The notes below the pieces were generated by a model that ran no database searches, had not been told where the DNA came from, and saw only the letters and a program-made list of their open reading frames with translations. This document shows positions 63,401 to 64,000 of a stretch of 64,000 nt of DNA, piece after piece. Each line of letters starts with the position of its first letter. The first letter of the stretch is position 1. The stretch is from contig CM074523.1 in the NCBI GenBank assembly GCA_037379345.1, positions 30,953,678-31,017,677 on the forward strand, read 5' to 3'. Position numbers and translations under genes: made by a program. The stretch comes from Perna viridis. Its lineage: Eukaryota.

Positions 63401-63582
63401 ATCAGGTCCTAACTCTATGGGTTTGCCATCTTTGAACCATTGTACATCTGGGATAGGATGGCCATTGACACGGCATTGTAGACAGACACGATGGCCAGAC
63501 TGCACATTCAGGTCTCGGAGTAACTGTGTGAACTTAGGAGGTGTGGCCTCATTCACTGATGCATCACTCAGCTCACTCAATG
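1..63582 (-). CDS. Titin/kettin(Sls)-like giant muscle protein gene, internal fragment (multi-exon; ~23 Ig I-set domains, E/T/V/P/K-rich repeat regions); both ends outside window
   Basis: Chain of GT-AG exons whose phases join in one frame; repeated I-set signatures (PP.F...L....V.EG....F.C.V.G.P.P...W.K.G, FPED.G.Y.C.A.N..G); kettin/titin-type HFECKLAPFGDPTMKVEW...DFGFVVLDI domain. Confidence 0.93.
4330..5660 (-). repeat. Degenerate coding repeats (EIEFEAPK...FKETIEI, ~25-aa core)
   Basis: Recurrent ggagcttcaaattc(g/a)atttcaac motif. Confidence 0.75.
7607..7815. mobile_element. TTAA-flanked MITE family A (Kolobok-like termini)
   Basis: TTAA-GGA(A/G)GTAGACCTAGGG...CCTCC-TTAA inverted ends; six copies in window. 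Confidence 0.8.
8355..9930 (-). CDS. Large exon (1576 nt), 45-aa E/T/P repeats plus terminal Ig domain
   Basis: ttttcag / GTAAGT, phase 0-1. Confidence 0.92.
9080..9630 (-). repeat. Coding tandem repeat, 135-bp (45-aa) unit, ~4 copies
   Basis: agaaatctcaacttca at 9151, 9286, 9421, 9556. Confidence 0.9.
10181..10440 (-). mobile_element. Second copy of the Penelope-like tail, with a short internal duplication
   Basis: Direct repeat of 10665-10887. Confidence 0.75.
10665..11190 (-). mobile_element. Penelope-like retroelement 3' fragment (frameshifted ORF remnant plus tail)
   Basis: IPSATAYGVFISQLICYARAC...RLKSSLQKFYGHH split across two frames resembles the post-RT region of Penelope-like elements (recall); tail repeated four times in window. 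Confidence 0.65.
11715..11968 (-). CDS. Exon, acidic S/P-rich linker
   Basis: ttgcag / GTATGT, phase 1-0. Confidence 0.87.
12683..13063. mobile_element. TA-CAGTG MITE family E, interrupted by family A
   Basis: TACAGTGAATCC...GATTTCACTGTA; relatives at 38818 and 51273. Confidence 0.6.
12773..12992. mobile_element. MITE family A, full copy, nested in a TA-flanked MITE
   Basis: TTAAGGAGGTAGACCTAG...CTAGGTCTACCTCCTTAA. Confidence 0.85.
13099..16503 (-). CDS. Large exon (3405 nt), E/T/V-rich PEVK-like region plus terminal Ig domain
   Basis: ttttcag / GTAAGT, phase 1-1; 1158-aa ORF. Confidence 0.92.
14730..15480 (-). repeat. Near-identical coding duplication, 393-bp period (131 aa)
   Basis: gtaagctatcagcg at 14908 and 15301; duplicated peptide in the ORF. 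Confidence 0.9.
17074..17433 (-). CDS. Exon, linker plus complete Ig domain
   Basis: tcacag / GTGAGT, phase 1-1. Confidence 0.9.
17795..18012 (-). CDS. Exon (218 nt), Ig body
   Basis: tcctag / GTAAGT, phase 2-1. Confidence 0.9.
18560..18701 (-). CDS. Exon, acidic linker plus Ig start
   Basis: ttttcag / GTAAAT, phase 1-2. Confidence 0.87.
18805..19209. mobile_element. TTAA-flanked MITE family C
   Basis: Inverted copy of 25914-26316. Confidence 0.72.
19320..20055 (-). CDS. Exon, PEVK-like linker plus Ig domain
   Basis: tctcag / GTAAGT, phase 0-1. Confidence 0.9.
20387..20829 (-). CDS. Exon, complete Ig domain plus linkers
   Basis: atttag / GTAAAT, phase 1-0; FPEDEGEYVC. Confidence 0.9.
21399..21756. 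mobile_element. TIR element family D
   Basis: TGTAAGAATCAGGCA / TGCCTGATTCTTACA perfect 15-bp TIR; second copy at 28549. Confidence 0.75.
21779..21996 (-). CDS. Exon (218 nt), Ig body
   Basis: ttacag / GTGGGT, phase 2-1. Confidence 0.9.
22563..22731 (-). CDS. Exon, linker plus Ig start
   Basis: tcacag / GTAAAT, phase 1-2. Confidence 0.87.
22810..23929. mobile_element. Non-autonomous Tc1/mariner(pogo)-like element, TA target
   Basis: TA-CAGTGGATTCTGCTTAAT...ATTAAGTGGAGTCGACTG-TA imperfect TIRs, followed by (TA)n; no transposase ORF seen. Confidence 0.7.
24381..24567. mobile_element. MITE family A, inverted, one end missing
   Basis: Reverse complement of the family A body, ending CCTAGGTCTACCTCCTTAA. 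Confidence 0.78.
24606..24823 (-). CDS. Exon (218 nt), Ig body
   Basis: ttgtag / GTAAGT, phase 2-1. Confidence 0.9.
24901..25299. mobile_element. TTAA-flanked MITE family B
   Basis: TTAAGTAGCA..TAAGAATC / GATTCTTAC..GCTACTTAA; second copy at 55176. Confidence 0.78.
25554..25671 (-). CDS. Exon, Ig start (PPDFTKALQPVTSVKPGDTA)
   Basis: caacag / GTAGGA, phase 1-2. Confidence 0.85.
25914..26316. mobile_element. TTAA-flanked MITE family C
   Basis: TTAAGTATCAGTC...GACTGATACTTAA termini. Confidence 0.78.
27824..27953 (-). CDS. Exon, Ig C-half (FPEDSGLITC)
   Basis: tttttag / GTAAGG, phase 0-1. Confidence 0.88.
28208..28410 (-). CDS. Exon, Ig N-half
   Basis: ctccag / GTGAGA, phase 1-0. Confidence 0.87.
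28549..28880. mobile_element. TIR element family D, opposite orientation
   Basis: Same 15-bp TIRs. Confidence 0.75.
28941..29132 (-). CDS. Exon, Ig C-part (FPEDTGTYRC)
   Basis: ttcag / GTAAGT, phase 1-1. Confidence 0.9.
29487..29630 (-). CDS. Exon, linker plus Ig start
   Basis: gtttag / GTAAAA, phase 1-1. Confidence 0.85.
29685..29745. mobile_element. MITE family A, 5' fragment
   Basis: ttaaggaagtcaacc...gggacacaactcttgaaaccagtgatatgtttg. Confidence 0.6.
30044..30209 (-). CDS. Exon, Ig C-half (PQDAGQYSCVALN)
   Basis: ctccag / GTAAGA, phase 0-1. Confidence 0.88.
30550..30686 (-). CDS. Exon, Ig N-half
   Basis: ttgcag / GTATGT, phase 1-0. Confidence 0.88.
31044..31261 (-). CDS. Exon (218 nt), Ig body
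   Basis: ttatag / GTAAGT, phase 2-1; FPEDTGMF. Confidence 0.9.
31809..32103 (-). CDS. Exon, linker plus Ig start
   Basis: ttccag / GTAAGT, phase 1-2. Confidence 0.88.
32446..32562 (-). CDS. Exon, charged linker
   Basis: ttttag / GTTAGA, phase 1-1. Confidence 0.8.
32930..33220. repeat. Intronic minisatellite, 42-bp unit, ~7 copies
   Basis: aggaaatctcagggatgaaaacaggcattg(a/g)agaactaatca. Confidence 0.92.
33619..33805 (-). CDS. Exon, Ig C-half (KVRYDGMMHY...DDWRSKLRQAPK)
   Basis: ttacag / GTATGA, phase 0-1. Confidence 0.9.
34062..34245 (-). CDS. Exon, Ig N-half
   Basis: ttcag / GTAAGT, phase 2-0. Confidence 0.9.
34625..34706 (-). CDS. Exon, kettin-type linker (VISDTQLPGEGAIKLQEMEE)
   Basis: ttttag / GTAAGA, phase 1-2. 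Confidence 0.87.
34975..35118 (-). CDS. Exon, Ig C-half (HRFKPLYDFGFVVLDIKYVFPEDSGTYTC)
   Basis: tttttag / GTGAGT, phase 1-1. Confidence 0.9.
35180..35593. repeat. Intronic minisatellite, ~41-44-bp unit, ~10 copies
   Basis: tattcacaagtactgccaacttgtagttacatgtag(ag)attccc. Confidence 0.92.
35614..35849 (-). CDS. Exon, EEDLYNKE linker plus N-half of kettin-type Ig (HFECKLAPFGDPTMKVEW)
   Basis: ttttcag / GTTAGT, phase 2-1. Confidence 0.9.
36640..36687 (-). CDS. Candidate cassette microexon C16 (48 nt; RRIRIRTPAIKQLHI)
   Basis: ttaatag / AG|GTTTGG, phase 2-2, open frame. Confidence 0.4.
37512..38573 (-). CDS. Cassette exon C15 (1062 nt), YEI motif plus PPW repeats
   Basis: ttcag / AG|GTTAGA, phase 2-2; donor less certain because the ORF reads on to 37385. 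Confidence 0.75.
38818..38966. mobile_element. TA-CAGTG MITE family E
   Basis: TACAGTGACACCTGTCTAA...TTAAGACAGGTTTAACTGTA. Confidence 0.65.
39120..39824 (-). CDS. Cassette exon C14 (705 nt), YEI motif plus PPW repeats, ends PGSPP
   Basis: ctttag / AG|GTTATT, phase 2-2. Confidence 0.85.
40088..40792 (-). CDS. Cassette exon C13 (705 nt), YEI motif plus PPW repeats, ends PGSPP
   Basis: ctatag / AG|GTTATT, phase 2-2; near-copy of C14. Confidence 0.85.
41056..42048 (-). CDS. Cassette exon C12 (993 nt), YEI motif plus PPW repeats, ends PGSPP
   Basis: ctacag / AG|GTTATT, phase 2-2. Confidence 0.85.
42351..43454 (-). CDS. Cassette exon C11 (1104 nt), PPW-TTTVT repeats, ends PGSPP
   Basis: ttttag / AG|GTTATT, phase 2-2. 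Confidence 0.82.
43877..44093. mobile_element. MITE family A, full copy
   Basis: Both TIRs and TTAA ends present. Confidence 0.82.
44218..44292 (-). CDS. Candidate cassette exon C10 (75 nt; YNKPLSPREKKKAKKPSPPKESVP)
   Basis: taatag / AG|GTCTGA, phase 2-2. Confidence 0.6.
44641..44712 (-). CDS. Candidate cassette exon C9 (72 nt; YDDLKPPYQPQIPISLQTKYEQF)
   Basis: ttttcag / AG|GTGAAT, phase 2-2. Confidence 0.6.
45103..45210 (-). CDS. Cassette exon C8 (108 nt), YEI motif (HYEIQETGPVQEIHYVSDTEKATLRLVHSTDDE)
   Basis: ttacag / AG|GTAGGC, phase 2-2; not in the ORF track. Confidence 0.78.
45989..46240 (-). CDS. Cassette exon C7 (252 nt), K/P-rich
   Basis: ttccag / AG|GTCAGA, phase 2-2. Confidence 0.68.
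46902..46958 (-). CDS. Candidate cassette microexon C6 (57 nt; PVDLQRSIPDGQHYPEDE)
   Basis: caatag / AG|GTTCAT, phase 2-2, open frame, GC island in an AT-rich intron. Confidence 0.5.
47691..47795 (-). CDS. Cassette exon C5 (105 nt), YEI motif only
   Basis: tcatag / AG|GTGGGA, phase 2-2. Confidence 0.75.
48414..48686 (-). CDS. Cassette exon C4 (273 nt), YEI motif, ends PSPP
   Basis: ttcag / AG|GTTATT, phase 2-2. Confidence 0.8.
49104..49379 (-). CDS. Cassette exon C3 (276 nt), P/Q/E-rich, ends PGSPP
   Basis: ctttag / AG|GTTATT, phase 2-2. Confidence 0.78.
49820..49957 (-). CDS. Cassette exon C2 (138 nt), proline-rich
   Basis: ttattag / AG|GTTAGC, phase 2-2; an alternative acceptor 9 nt inside is possible. 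Confidence 0.65.
51043..51144 (-). CDS. Cassette exon C1 (102 nt), divergent YEI motif (HYNIQQEGFVQQISYSTEGASGTLRLVPEDE)
   Basis: ctttag / AG|GTTACT, phase 2-2. Confidence 0.75.
51273..51397. mobile_element. TA-CAGTG MITE family E
   Basis: TACAGTGTTGCCTATCTAA...AGACAGGTTTCACTGTA. Confidence 0.6.
51802..51955 (-). CDS. Exon, P/K-rich linker ending TESPP; upstream flank of the cassette array
   Basis: ttcaag (AAG acceptor) / GTAAGT, phase 1-2. Confidence 0.8.
52211..52504 (-). CDS. Exon, complete Ig domain (DSAWFQC)
   Basis: taacag / GTAAGT, phase 1-1. Confidence 0.9.
52614..52873. repeat. Intronic minisatellite, 51-bp unit, 5 copies
   Basis: ggaaatccagcaagtaatacagggcgagtttgggacaagataatatcccca. 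Confidence 0.92.
52928..53060 (-). CDS. Exon, Ig C-half (IVVNEDGVNSLIILAASRNDAGHYTCLAKNKAG)
   Basis: tttacag / GTACAG, phase 0-1; this frame is not in the ORF track. Confidence 0.88.
53371..53578 (-). CDS. Exon, Ig N-half
   Basis: ttcag / GTAAGG, phase 2-0. Confidence 0.9.
53929..54416 (-). CDS. Exon, Ig domain resembling vertebrate titin Ig5 (DFRLMEGSDATFVC...YEMKYTKDGYCTLRI)
   Basis: ttgtag / GTAAGT, phase 0-2. Confidence 0.9.
54440..54780. repeat. Intronic minisatellite, 24-25-bp unit, ~14 copies
   Basis: tctgttaatgtgtatggtta(a)acat. Confidence 0.92.
55176..55643. mobile_element. MITE family B carrying an internal Penelope-like fragment (~55337-55441)
   Basis: Collinear with 24901-25299 except for a ~100-bp insert matching ~10675-10780. 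Confidence 0.78.
55892..56184 (-). CDS. Exon, linker with (K/R)PWQQQP repeats
   Basis: ttgtag / GTACTG, phase 1-0, needed to bridge the phases of its neighbours. Confidence 0.82.
57047..57192 (-). CDS. Exon, Ig C-half (YRITIDDRSGKITLTIVNCKPDDAGQYTC)
   Basis: ttatag / GTAATA, phase 2-1. Confidence 0.88.
57406..57637 (-). CDS. Exon, linker plus Ig N-half
   Basis: tttttag / GTTTGT, phase 1-2. Confidence 0.85.
58136..58394 (-). CDS. Exon, Ig domain (FPEDSGVF)
   Basis: ctacag / GTAAGT, phase 0-1. Confidence 0.9.
58947..59233 (-). CDS. Exon, P/K/E-rich linker plus Ig start (KPRFTQ)
   Basis: ttgcag / GTAATG, phase 1-0. Confidence 0.85.
59727..59868. repeat. Long imperfect inverted repeat (~57-bp arms, ~27-nt spacer)
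   Basis: ataaaaattttgtctatt..aaaataacataaattttccatg versus catggaaaatttatgttattttt..aatagacaaaatttttat. Confidence 0.85.
60099..60386 (-). CDS. Exon, complete Ig I-set domain
   Basis: tttttag / GTAATG, phase 1-1. Confidence 0.9.
60774..60971 (-). CDS. Exon, Ig C-part (KPEPTVKWFREG...FPEDQGQFKC)
   Basis: gacag / GTAAGA, phase 1-1. Confidence 0.9.
61391..61752 (-). CDS. Exon, T/S-rich linker plus Ig start
   Basis: ttttag / GTAAGG, phase 2-1. Confidence 0.88.
61960..62214 (+). mobile_element. Penelope-like tail, opposite orientation
   Basis: Reverse complement of 10665-10918 (AEDAYPTG.PGPCSQFLVESELL pseudo-ORF). Confidence 0.75.
62404..62951 (-). CDS. Exon, C-half of an Ig plus a complete Ig domain
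   Basis: ttctag / GTAAGT, phase 0-2, EDSGTY and EDAGRF motifs. Confidence 0.9.
63395..63582 (-). CDS. Exon, N-half of Ig I-set domain (PPKFTQLLRDLNVQSGHRVCLQCRVNGHP)
   Basis: tttgtag acceptor, GTACAA donor, phase 1-0. Confidence 0.85.
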
Positions 63583-63681
63583 CTACAAAGAAATTACAAT
63601 TGTATAATAACGTTCAAAGCATAAATGTTAACACTTTTGACTGCACTTTTTAAAGTTCAAAGGATATATTTTATGATTAAT

Positions 63682-63775
63682 TTAAGGAGGTAGACCTAGG
63701 GTATGGGACATAACTCTTGATTTCAGTGATATGTTTGTACCATATTCAAATTCACCAAAGCCTTTCAAGCTTTCT
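63682..63775. mobile_element. MITE family A, 5' half
   Basis: TTAAGGAGGTAGACCTAGGGTATGGGACATAACTCTTG. Confidence 0.75.
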
Positions 63776-63872
63776 TAACTACATGTAAATCATATTCAAG
63801 TTGTGTCACCATATATGAACTATTCATCATATGTTTTGTTTATGAACATTTATTTAGAAAAAAATAATTCAA

Positions 63873-64000
63873 GATCACTGCCATATGGATTCCAAAACTA
63901 TTTACGTTCTACATGGAGTTTAGAGATAGTCTGATCATTGCCATATGGATTCCAAAACTACTTACGTTCTACATGGAGTTTAGAGATAGTCTGATCACTG
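63873..64000. repeat. Tandem repeat, 60-bp unit, at least 2 copies, runs off window
   Basis: gatcactgccatatggattccaaaacta.ttacgttctacatggagtttagagatagtct. Confidence 0.85.

Noticed and set aside
1-64000. Twitchin/projectin identity, RNA genes, promoters
   Set aside because: No Fn3 or kinase domains are visible in the window; no recognisable tRNA or rRNA structures or gene start

Overview
This is eukaryotic, AT-rich, intron-containing animal DNA. The repeat landscape suggests a bivalve mollusc, but that is inference. The whole window lies inside one giant gene on the minus strand, a titin/kettin(Sls)-like muscle protein, and neither its start nor its canonical stop is in the window. By reading GT/AG sites and checking exon phase I reconstructed 58 exons: 42 phase-compatible core exons encoding about 23 Ig I-set domains plus very large E/T/V/P/K-rich repeat exons (the last is at least 6.4 kb and open at the window edge), and 16 candidate cassette exons. 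Five consecutive Ig domains and their linkers (about 54.4-32.4 kb) resemble, from recall, the Z-disc Ig5-Ig9 block of vertebrate titin. The most striking feature sits in one linker of that block (36.6-51.1 kb). It is an array of 16 frame-preserving phase 2-2 exons, all ending AG|GT with weak donors. Eight begin with a repeated ~33-aa motif (YEIEPVGPVQEISYASETESGYLRLVSEDE), five carry PPW-TTTVT repeats and six end in SPP. This looks like a combinatorial alternative-splicing module. Other candidates are truncating or terminal acceptors and an intronic inverted repeat linking two acceptors. Introns hold TTAA- and TA-flanked MITEs, Penelope-like fragments and minisatellites. Exon use is predicted from sequence only.
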